Assembly (NCBI GenBank): GCA_030324005.1
Contig: JARDVH010000193.1
Coordinates: 99,076,511-99,139,029, forward strand
Direction of reading: 5' to 3'
DNA: 62,519 bases
From: Negaprion brevirostris
Lineage: Eukaryota
The notes below the pieces were generated by a model. It did no database searches and had not been told where the DNA came from. It worked only from the letters and a program-made list of their open reading frames with translations. A program made the translations under genes and the position numbers. This document shows positions 36,645-49,403 of this stretch, piece by piece (position 1 is the stretch's first letter; each line of letters opens with the position of its first letter).

Positions 36645-36875
36645 GGTCAGGATTTTCCTGCCCCACCCCCATCCTTCTCATTCACATGGCATTTTTCTAA
36701 TGGTGAATACGGTGAAATGTTAGTCACTGGCGGGATTTCCTGGTGGCAGTGGCAGGATTTCCCAGTCCAGACTATGAGCTTTTGCATGGCTAAGCTACCC
36801 AGACACCTGCCATGGAGGTTGACCTTAGTGGGATAAGAAGTTCCTGCCAGCATAGAGGATTGGAAAATCCTGTCC
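36645..36875. mobile_element. PIF/Harbinger-type MITE
   Basis: TIRs ggtcaggattttcc / ggaaaatcctgtcc (13/14), flanks caa/gaa. Confidence 0.7.
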
Positions 36876-37199
36876 GAAGTCATTCTTTTCTTCTTTAATC
36901 TCTGGAACAGGTTCTGTAAAATAATCCCACCAGTACCAGTGCTTTGTTGAATTTCATTTTTAACTGATTGTATATCCTCAGTGTTGGGATTCACATCCAC
37001 TATTATCTAATATAAATCATTAAGGATGCTCAGTTTTGACAGCTATGTGTGGTAGGACTGGGCAAAAAACTATAGGAAGATTTTCACTGGCACTATTGTC
37101 ATGCAATTGTAAATGTGACATTTTTGGATAAAACATTAATCGTGCAGATCTATATAACAAGTACCAACAAGCATCAAAGACATTGTCGCCTTTGAAATA

Positions 37200-37550
37200 A
37201 AAGATTGGAGGTTCAAGTTCTGCCTCAGGACTTGCATATATCTTCTAGGTTGTGTGTGATATATCTTCTAGGTTGCCAGCTCAATGGAGTACCAAAGATG
37301 TGCGGCATTTTCAGAGGTACCTTTAGGAAGATGTGACATCAAAAAAAAGAGAATCTATCTGCTCAGGTGAATATAACGACACTAGTTGAAGAAAACAAAT
37401 AAATGCTTCAAGCCAATATGTAGCCCTTAGTCAATACCATCAAAAGCACAATATATGATTCATTCATTTCATTGAAGTTTGTGGAACCCTATGTGCAAAT
37501 TAGCTGCCGTTTGTCTACAAAACAATAGTGATTACTTCTCAAAATGAATT
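37200..37550 (+). mobile_element. Deu-domain SINE (SacSINE1/AmnSINE-like), decayed
   Basis: B-box-like ggttcaagt followed by Deu-like ctcaggtgaatataa…ttgaagaa…gccaatatgtagccct…gtttgtggaacc…tgtgcaaattagctgcc. 17-bp direct duplication at 37236-37252 and 37259-37275. Confidence 0.7.
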
Positions 37551-38369
37551 TTTTTTATATTTTAGTATTGCTTGTCCAGGTCGATGGTAACACAGTTTAA
37601 TGATACATATTTGCAGAGGCATGGTTCAAAGATTTATTTGTTTTTTTCAGATGTTACTATCGTCTTATTTCTGTAANNNNNNNNNNNNAATCAGACTGAT
37701 TCAGTCTGATTAAATGAATGTTTGATTCAAGCTTCTCTCTAATTCAAAGAATTCCATTGTATTATACATTTCATATCCACTACTATTGTACGCAATTTTA
37801 AATTCAAGCATGACATTTAAATACGGATTTTGATCCATGCATAAAGTCTTTTGCAATTATAATTTTTATGTTCACATTAAAGAAGGCAGTTCCTTGCCAA
37901 ATTTCACAAGAAGATAGAAATGCACTTTAAGACCCTAATCAGCTGGTGCAAATTGTGATTTTGTTGGCTGTTTGTGTTTGGATTTAATTGCTAAATGAAT
38001 GATTAAATGGGCATTGGTACAAAGATTTGTCAATTGGCTATTTTTAACTGAAGTTCAAAGCGCCCCTGATTGAAGTGTGACATTTCTTGGCAAACCAGCT
38101 TTAGTATTTATCAGCTTTCAGCTACTGTAATAATATCTTTGTAAACGGTTCAGTGCCAAAAATAAGAACTGTACACAGAACTTTGAAAATGGTCTTGTTT
38201 GACAGATATAAAATGCATCAATCCTATTTTATTTCATAAGATCCACAGTATAACAAAGTGGAATATTTTATGTTATTCATTCACATACATAGGACAATTC
38301 AGTACAACCTACAAATTGAAACCACATTACTTTATATGTGCAACTATAACAATGAAGCCTACAGAATAC

Positions 38370-38880
38370 AAGTGTATGACAAGAGGTTTAGAATATAACA
38401 GTAAATCTGTGTTAAACCTTTCTTATGACGACTGTTGAAGTATCTTGTGCAGCTTTCTGCCTCACACTATAAGAAAGATGTAAATGCAATAGAGAGGGTA
38501 TAGGGTAGATTCACTGGATGTATGGCATGAGGCAATACAGCAAGAGTGTAAAAATCAAGATGCTCTCATTTCCAAGGAAATTGTGAGTTGTTTAATAAAA
38601 GATTTTATTTTTTTAATTATGAAGAATTGAGACAAGATTGAAACTGATTGCTCTAGTGGTTCTAGGAGATGTAGTTAAAAGATTAAATGTGAGTAATTAC
38701 GACACAGAGAAAGGGACCCTTTATCCATGTTTCGGATTGTGAGGTTGTGGAATGCTCTGCTGGATTTGGAATTTAAATAGGGGCCATTTAGAAATAGTTT
38801 AGATGACTGATTGAAGAAAAGAGCAGTAAAGGAGTAGGTGACTGGGTATTTAAGAGCTATAGTGCTAATCTCATGTGAAT
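38370..38880 (+). mobile_element. Old CR1 ORF2 end/3' UTR
   Basis: agaggtttagaatataacagt (RGLEYNS), tataagaaagatgtaaatgcaatagagagggta (YKKDVNAIERV), gtgaggttgtggaatgctctg. Confidence 0.7.
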
Positions 38881-38891
38881 AAAAAACAGTC

Positions 38892-38978
38892 ATGATGTGC
38901 ATATGCCGGCGTTGGACTGGGGTAAACACAGGAAAAAGTCTGACAACACCAGGTTTTAGTCCAACCGATTTATTTGAT
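38892..38978 (-). mobile_element. Penelope-type family A terminus (rest in gap)
   Basis: atgatgtgcatatgccggcgttggactggggtaaacacagg…caacaccaggttttagtccaaccgatttattt, matching 30462-30545. Confidence 0.85.
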
Positions 38979-39266
38979 NNNNNNNNNNNNNNNNNNNNNN
39001 NNNNNNNNNNNNNNNNNNNNNNNNNNNNNNNNNNNNNNNNNNNNNNNNNNNNNNNNNNNNNNNNNNNNNNNNNNNNNNNNNNNNNNNNNNNNNNNNNNNN
39101 NNNNNNNNNNNNNNNNNNNNNNNNNNNNNNNNNNNNNNNNNNNNNNNNNNNNNNNNNNNNNNNNNNNNNNNNNNNNNNNNNNNNNNNNNNNNNNNNNNNN
39201 NNNNNNNNNNNNNNNNNNNNNNNNNNNNNNNNNNNNNNNNNNNNNNNNNNNNNNNNNNNNNNNNNN

Positions 39267-39458
39267 CCTAAAGGACATCAGTGAACTAGATGGGTTTTTC
39301 CAACAATCGACAATAGTTTCATCAGTGGATTTTTAATTCCAGATATTTTTTATTGAATTAAAATTCCACCATCTTCCATGGCCATCTTCCTGGGTCCCCA
39401 AACATCAGCTAAGATTCTGGATTAATTATCTCAATAATATCACTAGGCCATCCCGGCC
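39267..39458 (-). mobile_element. tRNA-derived SINE, second family (5' part)
   Basis: Colinear with 52690-52882. Minus-strand A box atggcctagtgat. Confidence 0.7.
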
Positions 39459-39534
39459 TATTATATCAGAGAATAAACAACGGTGATGTTTTTTCATTAT
39501 CAATACATTCTTTGTTTTGCTGCTAAAAGAAAGG

Positions 39535-39690
39535 TAAAATACAGCGGATGCTGGAATCTGAAACAAAAATATGAAAAGCTGGAAAATCTCAGTAGGTCTG
39601 ACAACATCGACTCAAAAACGTTGGCTCTATTATCTCTCCATAGATACTGTCAGGCGTGCTGAGATTTTCAAGCTTTTTATATTTTTGCTT
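39535..39690. mobile_element. Palindromic Penelope-type repeat (family B), centre deleted
   Basis: caaaaatatgaaaagctggaaaatctcagtaggtctgacaacatc is inverted relative to gatactgtcaggcgtgctgagattttcaagctttttatatttttg. The centre retains gactcaaaaacgtt (3' half of the HHR-like motif). Confidence 0.8.
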
Positions 39691-40499
39691 TGTTTTGCCA
39701 CATCTGCTTTGAAAAGTTTTACTTCACAGACAGGCATGTAATGTGGAAATCCAGTTTGACTTGTAATTGTAGTGTCTGACCTTTAATAGAACTTTTTTAC
39801 TTATAGGTGGAATTTTACACAGCAAAATGGTATTTCAATACGTAAGGCTACATTTCAACAGTTATTAAAGTTGCTCGCCAGAATCAGAGTTAATTTTGAA
39901 ATGCAAGTGGCTTCTGATATTGGTACGGACATAACTGCTTAACTTGCTGAAGGTTGAAGTATGAGCTGAAATATTTCAGTTGTTCATGATTCATACCTTC
40001 AGATTGGTTGCTTATTGGTATTTGATGTTTTCATTTGTCTGAATAACATTTATTCTGCTAATACTGGTCTGCATTCTTCAAAACTAAATGCAAATAAAAT
40101 TGCTTTTTTCTTTAACTTACTCACTGATGGTTCATGTAAAATATGTAATCAGAAATTAGACTTGCACTTTCTTGTTGCTGCAGTCAAATGTCCATAAATA
40201 TTAGAATAATTTCTGGATTTGCAATGAAAGATGGCCAATTATAAATGTGTGTATTACAATTACATTTTACACCCCCCAAAATTTCCTCATGCTTTCCTTC
40301 TTCTCTGGATCCTAAATTGGTAATTTATGCTGGACTATGAGTCCTCAAGTCCATGCTGTAAACCTCAATGACTCTATGACTCTAAGTCCATGCAGTTCCC
40401 TCCTGTTTGATTTATAACAAAGAACAAAATCAGTCCAGGAAACAGGCCCTTCGGCCCAACGAATGTGGTGAGGGGAGGGCTCATTAATTAAAGCCATCA

Positions 40500-40800
40500 T
40501 TAGTGAAGGAGGATGGCAGTTAGGGTTTTTTTTTAACACAAAAGACTGTGAGAATATGCAATGCTTTTCATACTGAGGTATGGACCATGAGCTTCTTTGA
40601 GGAAAAATTTGGTAAATATTTGTATCAGAAAAAAATTCAAGACTATGGGAAGAGAGTAGGGCATTTGAGTTCATTTTCAATTGAGATAGACTTTTTTTTA
40701 GTCGGTAAGGGAATCAAAGATTATGAGGTTGAGATGGGAAAGTGGAGTCAAGGACAATATCAAATAAGTTAATTGACCTACTTCTTCCTGTTCCTGTATA
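40500..40800 (+). mobile_element. CR1 3' UTR fragments
   Basis: ttttttaacacaaaagactgtgagaatatgcaatgc… and ttgagatagacttttttttagtcggtaagggaatcaaagattatg. Confidence 0.65.
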
Positions 40801-41214
40801 TTATGGGTTGCTTTAGAAAGGAGGTGATGAGCTGAGTGGCTTCCTTCAATTATGTATCAGTTTGTGGGTTCTTGGTCCTATATATGAGGCAGGATAGAAG
40901 CAAACCTCATTGTGGTATCTGCTGATGTGTTCCTCTACTGGAGGTTATTTGAAGAATAGTCAGGAGATGCGATTTCTCAATGTTATTTATCCCCGTACTC
41001 AGGAATTCTTGAAGCTAATTGCAGTGACAACACAACCCACCCATCACCACTAATGCTCTAGATCACTGAGCACAGTACTGTGCTAGCTATCACTTCATGC
41101 ATTTATCCACGGAGGCACTGAAGGTGACAAGTTGTTTTAATCATTTTTTACCTTTAAAAGAAATATTATTTCATCGAGTTGGGCAAAGAGCTAATATTGG
41201 CCAGAACAATATGT

Positions 41215-41560
41215 AAAAAAAGACAGGAGAAGATGTTTCAGCCTATCCAAGCCTACAATCAACTTGATATCCAACTGTGTTTTGAATGCTCCTACTAGCT
41301 TGAAATCCTTATTTTTTTCCCTAGCATAGTTCTAGAGGCCTGACTTAACCTTGAAGTACATTTGTGTCCACTGTCTATCCTGTTTGATATTTTACATATT
41401 TTGATGACATCTTCACCTTCCCACCTTCTAGCTAGATTGTAGAATGTCAATTTCTTTAAAATCTCCTTATAGCCCAATTCCTTTTCACCTGAGATCAGCT
41501 TTGTTGTTCTTTTTGGCACCATTTTCAATGTCTATGTCTCCTCCTTGAAGCATGGTGAAG
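41215..41560 (-). mobile_element. Old CR1 ORF2 C-terminus
   Basis: ORF 41295-41528 VPKRTTKLISGEKELGYKEILKKLTFYNLARRWEGEDVIKICKI resembles the CR1 VQRRATKLI..LSYEERL..L..L.RRRLRGDLI motif. Confidence 0.75.
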
Positions 41561-43656
41561 CAATATTGGATGGACATTACAGATGTCATCAGATAATGTG
41601 CGGTCAGCCAGGCAGGCTGANNNNNNNTGATACATTAGATCTCACTGTGCCCAGAAATATATTATTAGTGTATTTTTTTTTTACATGCAATTAACAGTTC
41701 AATGGCAGCTACTAAATGGCAGGCAGCCACCAATTCTCAATAACAATTTATTAATATTCAGATTATTTTGACTTCAGATTTCATTTGGAGCACTCAACTA
41801 TTCTGGATCCAAAGTCTAGATCTCTCTCATCGAAAGAGAAGCTGGAGAATTATGAATCTGGAACATATTCCAAAGATGCCAATAACTGAAAAGTTTTCTT
41901 TCCTCCTTTCCACTTTCTCATCCTCAAACACCATTGAATTAACCTCTCAGGTTCCCTAGAAATCATTACTGCATCCAGTTGGGAAGACAAAATAGTATAT
42001 TTAACTGTAAGAGCAAAGGTCCACATTTGTGCAATTGGTCTTTAAGCCTCAACCCAAAACCCATCAGTGATCTCAACCAACTAGTAATATCTATGATACT
42101 AACCTAATATGGCGGACATTTTCAGCACAACTTTTGAAGCAGTATTCTGCAATACTGATGTCTTAAATACCACAGCAAAACCCCCATTTATAGAGAGATA
42201 ATTCAAGGTTTAAACCAGCTTAGTTATCTATTTAACATGAATCTACTTCATTTACTTGTTTTGTTTTTATTTATGGTATGGATACACTTTGAAAAAGTAA
42301 CAGTCAAGTCTACATATTAAAAGTGCTGACAAATAGCTATTAATTTCAGGTACTGTTTCTTTGACTTGTATTAAGCTGTTGTTTTCACTCGGAGCTTGGG
42401 TTAGTTTGCTAACTGTCTCATCCAGATATTGTTTTCATTGCACACCATGATACCTACAGCTATTGCATCAGTCCAAATCTAACATAATTACAATGAATAT
42501 TGAATTCCAGATTGACTCCTACAAAGTTCTGGTTAAGTTATATGCCATGCCTGATTTGAAATACTTACAGGGAAACTCTTGGTGGATTCTCAGAATTAAC
42601 ATCCCATTGGCTTTCAATTTTTAATGTATTCACTTCGAATGAATACAGACTTTCTCGACTTGCTGAACCCAGATTAAGGTATCAATGTAGACAAGGTGCT
42701 GGAAAATGAACCATGCATTAGCTTGATTGCATTCATTCTGATTTGAGTTCAACTTCTCCATGTCAACCAAGAAAATGGTCCAGTAACATGGCACACTCCA
42801 GAAATATGTTTTGGAATTGTCCAAAAGTGGTATAGTTTGGTTTAACTTGTGGTTCTTCTTGATATGTTCAGAAAATGATCATGTGTCTGCTCATTGCCTT
42901 TAATAAGACTTAGCAGCTCTCCTAATATCAGGAACTCATCAGAGGGGATTTTGTCTTGTGATACTGTTTTGGTGGAAATAGGCTCTTTGCCTGATCAGAT
43001 TCATGACTACTTCAAAATAGTTGGATTAGTGAACCTCATTTAAATGTGATTGGGGACCAGGCCTTTCTTTTCCCTCTGCTTCTTGTGAAGAAGACACAAT
43101 CTTTAGCAATCCCATTGCCTACTTGAAAGGTTACACTTCATAAAGCATTAGTGCTATGGCTTTGGTCAAGTTCTTGTGGTCTTAGAAAATATATAACTTC
43201 CGGCACCATTTCCAGGTTGCTATCCTACCCATGCCAGTGTTTTTCTTCCTGCACTCCCTTAAGGCTGCCTCTGTGTTTTCTGTCTAATTAGGGGTAGTGG
43301 GCAGCACATGGATGCAGGAGGGTAATTCAGAGGGCCCAACAGGAGAGTTGGGGAATGCACCCACATGAATGCATTTGGCTGCTTTCAATCTTTGAGATTG
43401 TTGATATGCGCAATCGCATCTGCCTATGATTTCCCTCTGATCTCTCACCCTGAAGTGTTGTCAGACTCCGAACACAGCAAGGGGATGAATGCCCTGACAA
43501 CAAAGCAACTTCTCTCTCTGAAAATAGCCATAATGAAGGCCTTAAGTATTTTGATTGCCTTTCTCATCTTTGGAAAACCTATCTGGATGCGGGACTTCAN
43601 NNNNNNNNNTCAGGTGTTTGCAGTGGGCTTGTGGTTACCATGACTGGTGTAAGAGC

Positions 43657-44520
43657 TCCATTGCAGCTCAGGAGATCCTACTGGAGGAGGTCAGGTTTCA
43701 GAGACAGAGATTTCTCCTCAGCTGGAAGGAGACATCCCAGATAGATTTTGGGACATATTAGAAGATGCGAATTCTGTAGGCATCACCTCCAGGACATGAG
43801 TACATTGCAAGGATAATTTTGACAGCCTGACCCAGTCAGTCAATATGCTAATCACTTCCTGCTCTGTATCTGACACTGCTACAGTTCCTCTGTCCCTCAA
43901 CAATGCTCCCCTCGACAAAACTCTCCTTCCCAGTTCCAGGTGCTTTTCTTGCAATTAACGCTGCACACCACACAAAACTTGCTCCTCATTATAATCATAT
44001 TCTCACCAGCTGCTACCTTCACAGCAGACACGAACAGCATTCTCCTCTAACCTGGTAACAACTGGAAATCTTTTCATTCTTCCATAAACTGCTTGCAGAT
44101 CTCACGCTGTCTTTACCTCCTCCCCACCTGTTCATCTTATTGTTGATGGGTCAAAACCTGGAAAGCCTTCCCCAGCAGCACTGTGGGAGTAACTTCACCA
44201 TATGGACTGCAGCTGTTCAAGAAGGCAGCTCAACTCCACTTTCTCAAGGGCAACTGGTGACGAATGCTGGCACTGCCAGCAGCACCCACATCCCAAGAAG
44301 GATTTTTTTAAAACCTCTTGCTCCTTTTCCCTTTTGCTTTTTACACGGTGTTCAGATGTTTCACACATCTGCACAATTGTTTACACCAGTCAAACACAAA
44401 CTTATTCACCATTTCTCTGATGACAAGATCATTGTATAACATCAAGGTGAGGCCCAGAACTGTAGGAGGTTTCAAGTCATCTCCCTGGTGGAGCAGAGGA
44501 AACTGAGGGGTATTGCAAAC
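43657..44520 (+). pseudogene. Decayed Myb/SANT-like DNA-binding gene of a PIF/Harbinger transposon
   Basis: Frameshifted peptides SIAAQEILLEEVRFQR, FWDILEDANSVGITSRT*VHCKDNFDSLTQSV, and about 600 bp later YNIKVRPRTVGG / QVISLVEQR, matching the trihelix pattern E.LL..V..R…W..I…N…RT…C..K..DL…RTGGG….L…E.R. Confidence 0.6.
44137..44310 (+). mobile_element. CR1/L2-group LINE 3' end (second tail family)
   Basis: gggtcaaaacctggaaagccttcccc…atggactgcagctgttcaagaaggcagctca…aatgctggcactgccagcagcacccacatccc. Confidence 0.8.
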
Positions 44521-45339
44521 AGACTTGACTTTTGGCATTAGTGATGTGTTGAACAGTCTCGCCGCCTATCTCCATTTCCTTTTCTCTTTCCCGAAGCAAA
44601 ATCATATACAGGGAGTGTGACAACCTGCTGCTGCCTTCTGTGATCACGCATCTGGCTACATTACCTGCTGACCTTTTGTATAAGTCACTTCCATCACTCA
44701 AGACCTGCTGTTGAAGTAAACCATCTTCAGGCTCATCAGCAAATTCTCAAGGCACAAGTGACCTGGGAGGAGCAGCTATGTCTAACAAAAAGTTAAAGCC
44801 TATCTCCTGCAGCAAGCTGGCACAAGGAATCTGTATTTTTAGTCAATCACGGAGCATATGGTCTCCTCTATGGTAGTTACAGCGGAAACCTGTACATCGC
44901 CAGCAGTAANNNNNNNNNNTTTAAATGATTATCAAACGGGTGACATACAAACGCTGACAACACTTTCCAGCAACCTTGACAGGTTGGGGGAATGGCATGG
45001 ACCTCCTGCAGTCTGTGCACTGATAGATGAATGTGAGAGTGCTAAGCAGTGCTCCAGCTTGGTAGTGTTGCAACTCTCCGGAAGATAGCACTTCAACATT
45101 ATTGATGCACCCTCACCCAAGTTCCACTCCAATGTCAGAAAACTGGAAAAGATCAGTCCTCAGCTGGATAGGGTCTAAGCACCTGGCCGTTAATACAGCT
45201 GATGTGCTACGTCAGCTTGTCTGCTATATGATGTCTCTGTGCTGTAGAATTCACTCTGCTGTGATTTTGTTTTAGTACCATGGACAACTCCTCACATCAC
45301 CAGTGATGTCAAGCAGATATTCATGAAAATGCCACCACC

Positions 45340-45578
45340 TACAGATAACCCTCCAAGTCATTCATTATCCCAACTTGAAAACATATCATTGTTCCTTCAT
45401 TGTGATTCAGTCAAATGCCTGGAACTTCCTTCCGAGCAGTACCATGGGTGTCCCAACATCACATGGACTGCAGCAGTTGACAAGGCAGCTCACCACCACA
45501 ACCGTCGAGGGTCATTAAAGGACAATAAATGCCAGCCTTGCCAGATGCTCACACCCCAAGGACCAATAATTAAAAAGT
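45340..45578 (+). mobile_element. CR1/L2-group LINE 3' end (second tail family)
   Basis: Colinear with 44137-44310: catggactgcagcagttgacaaggcagctcaccaccac…aataaatgccagccttgccag. Confidence 0.8.
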
Positions 45579-48500
45579 ATCCTAAACATGCCATGAGATG
45601 AAAAGTGGTTCAGAATTGTCATGAACTACTTAAGCAGATGTCTTTGTAATAAGGACTGGCAGATTTGGAAATCATTTCTAATTTGCATTTAAGGACAGTG
45701 CTGAACATTTCACAAGCTAGAAATGTACCACAGGCTCATGTCCACTGGGCACTGAAAGACCTTGCTTCGCATGAGTACATCAACAGATACCAGTCTGTCC
45801 TTCATCTGTTATCTTTGAATGAGTGAAGTTTAGGTCTCCAGAGATGAAGGGTAAAGAGGTGACTATTAATAAAATGTGCCCTCATCACATTTTGTACATA
45901 ATTGAATAAATTCTTTCATTGCTGTATGATACAATGGTAATTAATGTTTCCCTAAACTTTTCTCCAGAGGTTAATTGAAATCTTCATTTAATAAATTCTG
46001 AAAGCGACTCTGATCCCAATTAGCATCTTTTGCAATTACATTGAAGCAAATAAATACCGTTGGCACTTTATTTAAACAGTGATATCAGTGAGATCACATA
46101 TTTTACAGTTCAATATATTGTGTGAGGTAAATTAAGCAATACTTCATGCCTGAATTCCATTGTATGTTCAAGTTCACAGAACTGTCCTAACTCTAGAAGC
46201 TTAACGGAGAACAGTGGTCTTGATGATTTTTGTGTTTTTATGCTTACCATGTCTCTCTGTAGGTTTCTATGCATATGTGGAATGGAAGTGTTTGTGCAAC
46301 TATATGTTTCTCTTTATCGTTACTGAAACAGAGGATTGTTGTCGCCTCTCATCTGGAGAGATGACAGTTGGGAAATTGCTAAATAAAAGAAAAGCTTCAA
46401 ACTGGGTGGCAGATAGGGACAGTGCATTGCTGTCATGGTGTGATAAAATGCTGGATTCAGTCAATGATTGTGCTTTATATTTCAAGCATCAAATGGTTGT
46501 TCAGACTTCCCATTGCAGGCCGACATTTCTTCAGAGCTCAGTTTTTCTCCTAAATTTTTTTGCCTTACCAGCGGTTAAGCCCTACAATTAACCACGAGTG
46601 AAGTAAATTCCTTTCTGCAGACCAAGATGCTCGCTGCATCTCTTGCCAGTCTGGGCAACTGGCAATATCGTATTGTTACACTAACATGTACACTACTGTT
46701 CTGGATTTAATGATAAATAACATGATATGCAGATGTGCTCTATTCACAATGACCCATCTCAGATATGAGGCCCACATTGTCAGCCATTTGCAGCAACATC
46801 ATCTGGATTTGAGTGACAGTGTGGGAACACAGTGTTTTTTAACCAATGCCAACATCATTTTTTTTAAATGTTGCTATATTTGGCTGATTAAATGTTGTCA
46901 CTTTGGTTATTTTCTTTTTTGAAAAAGTTGGCTTCAAACAGTAGCCAGCTAGGATACATAATAGATCAGCAGGAAACGTACAAACAAAGAAAATCTAAAA
47001 TAGAAACTGGTCCAATCCCTGAAAATATTTAAATATTTCTGAAGTACCAACAGCATATCATATTTTATTTCTGACCATGAAAACAGTCGAATTATTGTAT
47101 TATTATTTTGAGTATACCATCTCCAGGAAGCATATTGTACACAATGCCTAGATCAGTTTGAAAAACTGGCACAATCAATTATTTTAATATTCTCTTTTAT
47201 GCTCCTTGCCTTTTGACATGCAAGTGAACTACCAACTGTCAAAGTTTAATGCAGGAATAAGTGAAACTGGATTTGTGAATTTTGACCTGTGCAGAATACA
47301 GACTAATGTAGGGTAGGTGGGCATGGTTTTTTCCTCAAGTAATGGTTTTTTCCTCAAGCATTAATACTGAATAGTAATCTACTGCAAAAGTGTTTTTCTT
47401 GACAACGATACAATTACTTTGTTGACAGATTGTTTTTTTTTCCGAGATGTATTCACACTTATTTGCAATGGTTTGTTTTTTGAATGAAGAGATTTTATGC
47501 AGGCACATTTACCTATCTAAAAGTGTCTGGGTTCAGACATCAAACACCTATCCATTCAGTAAATTCATTAAAGTTATATGTGCTTCTAATTTGAATTGGC
47601 ACAGCAGTACTATAGTCTGAGTTCAAATGTTATTGACATATTTGATTTGGCTTACACTTAAAGTCATACTTGCCCCATACTTTTCTCAGATTTAGATATC
47701 TTCCATGTGAATTGTAGCAAAACAGTTGCAGACAATACAATTCTTTTCAGCAACACTTTTGAGGGACTTAGTCAACTTTTCTCACATAGAGGTCAAAGCC
47801 AGTACTAGGAGGTTTACACATTTATGATATTGACCTATGTTAACCCTGGATCAGCATGAATCCCAGGCTGAAAGCCCAGGGAGTCAACAAGGTCAGTGCA
47901 CAAGCTTTACATCCATAAACCTAATCCCTGTCTAAGGAAAGAAAAACCTGACTATCTACTGGATGGGATATTAGAAAAGTTAGTTTCTTGGAAAAAAGAA
48001 GTAATTTCAGAAACTGCCGAGCACTGCAGTTTCAAACCATTCCCTGTATGTAGCGATCAGAGAATTAAATGTTAGGCTATAGTAGCAAAACAAGGCTCCG
48101 TGAAATGGATCAGACTACTGGTGCACCAGAAAAATGATTTTGTAAGCCATTGTAGTTTGGACCACATACTAAAAAGATATTACATTGAGAATGTGAACTA
48201 TCTTGCAATGTCTTGTCCCAGACTTGATTCCAAAAAGCGTTTTCATCAGGCTGATAAAAATGTCACATTCGTTTCCTCTTACGACATTTCAGTCCTGGTT
48301 GCTGTAGGCATAAATCAGTCTGTTGAAGTTGTGCATTGACTATAATGTTGTAGATGGTTTGAGAGATAACACGTATTTATACCATGTGAGCAAGATGAGT
48401 ATGAATTTAACAATTTTAAGAAAATTTGACATTCACCTCTGAAACACTGAATGACTGGGAATTTCTTGAATGTGATCTTCTCGTTCTTGCATAAGCAGAT

Positions 48501-48985
48501 GTTAAAGCCAACCTAAAACGCTTATGCAGAGGAATGAGAAAGTAATTTGTTTTGAAGGAACACTTCTGAAGAGCTTTCAAAGTATGTATTTTTATCAATT
48601 TATCCATATGCTGAAAGATTATTTTACGCTGGGACTCCAACTAGCATTTTCATACCTGAAGGACAAATCCAATCAAATGTAACCATGCATATAGTTGATG
48701 GAATGAAAAAGAACTTTAGGCAAAAATCACAATAACCAATGCAGGAAAGCAATGTCAAATAACTGCTCACTGGCTGGATAGGTTCTAATCACAGGCAAAG
48801 TATTGCCTTTGAGACAGAGGCTTATGTAGAACTCAAGCAGCAACCATTCTTTATAGCATTCTTATTTTACTTTTATTTCTAGAGCAAGTATTTTCAATGA
48901 ACCATGACTTTCATCTTGCCTTAAAAAGCTGTTCCTTACTGTAACATTATAACCTTATTGATAATGGCTCAAACAGAAAGATCTT

Positions 48986-49403
48986 GGTGGCATGGTGGCA
49001 CAGTTGTTGGCACTGCTGCCTCACAGCACCAGGGACCCGGGTTCGATTCCCGGCTTGGGTCACTGTCTGTGTGGAGTCTGCACATTNNNNNNNNNNNNNN
49101 NNNNNNNNNNNNNNNNNNNNNNNNNNNNNNNNNNNNNNNNNNNNNNNNNNNNNNNNNNNNNNNNNNNNNNNNNNNNNNNNNNNNNNACTGTCTGTGTGGA
49201 GTCTGCACATTCTTCCCATATCTACGTGGGTTTCCTCCGGGTGCTTTGGTTTCCTCCCACAGTCTGAAAGACGTGCTAGTTGGGTGCATTGGCCATGCTA
49301 AATTCTTCGAACAGGCGCTGGAGTGTGGCGACGAGAGGATTTTCAAAGTGGCTTCATTGCACTGTTTATGTGGGCTTGCTTATGACATTAATAAATAAAC
49401 TTC
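48986..49403 (+). mobile_element. HE1-like V-SINE, alternative-tail subfamily (contains gap)
   Basis: Head tggcacagttgttggc/ggttcgattcc, V-domain, tail gaacaggcgctggagtgtggcgac…tgacattaataaataaac. Confidence 0.9.
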
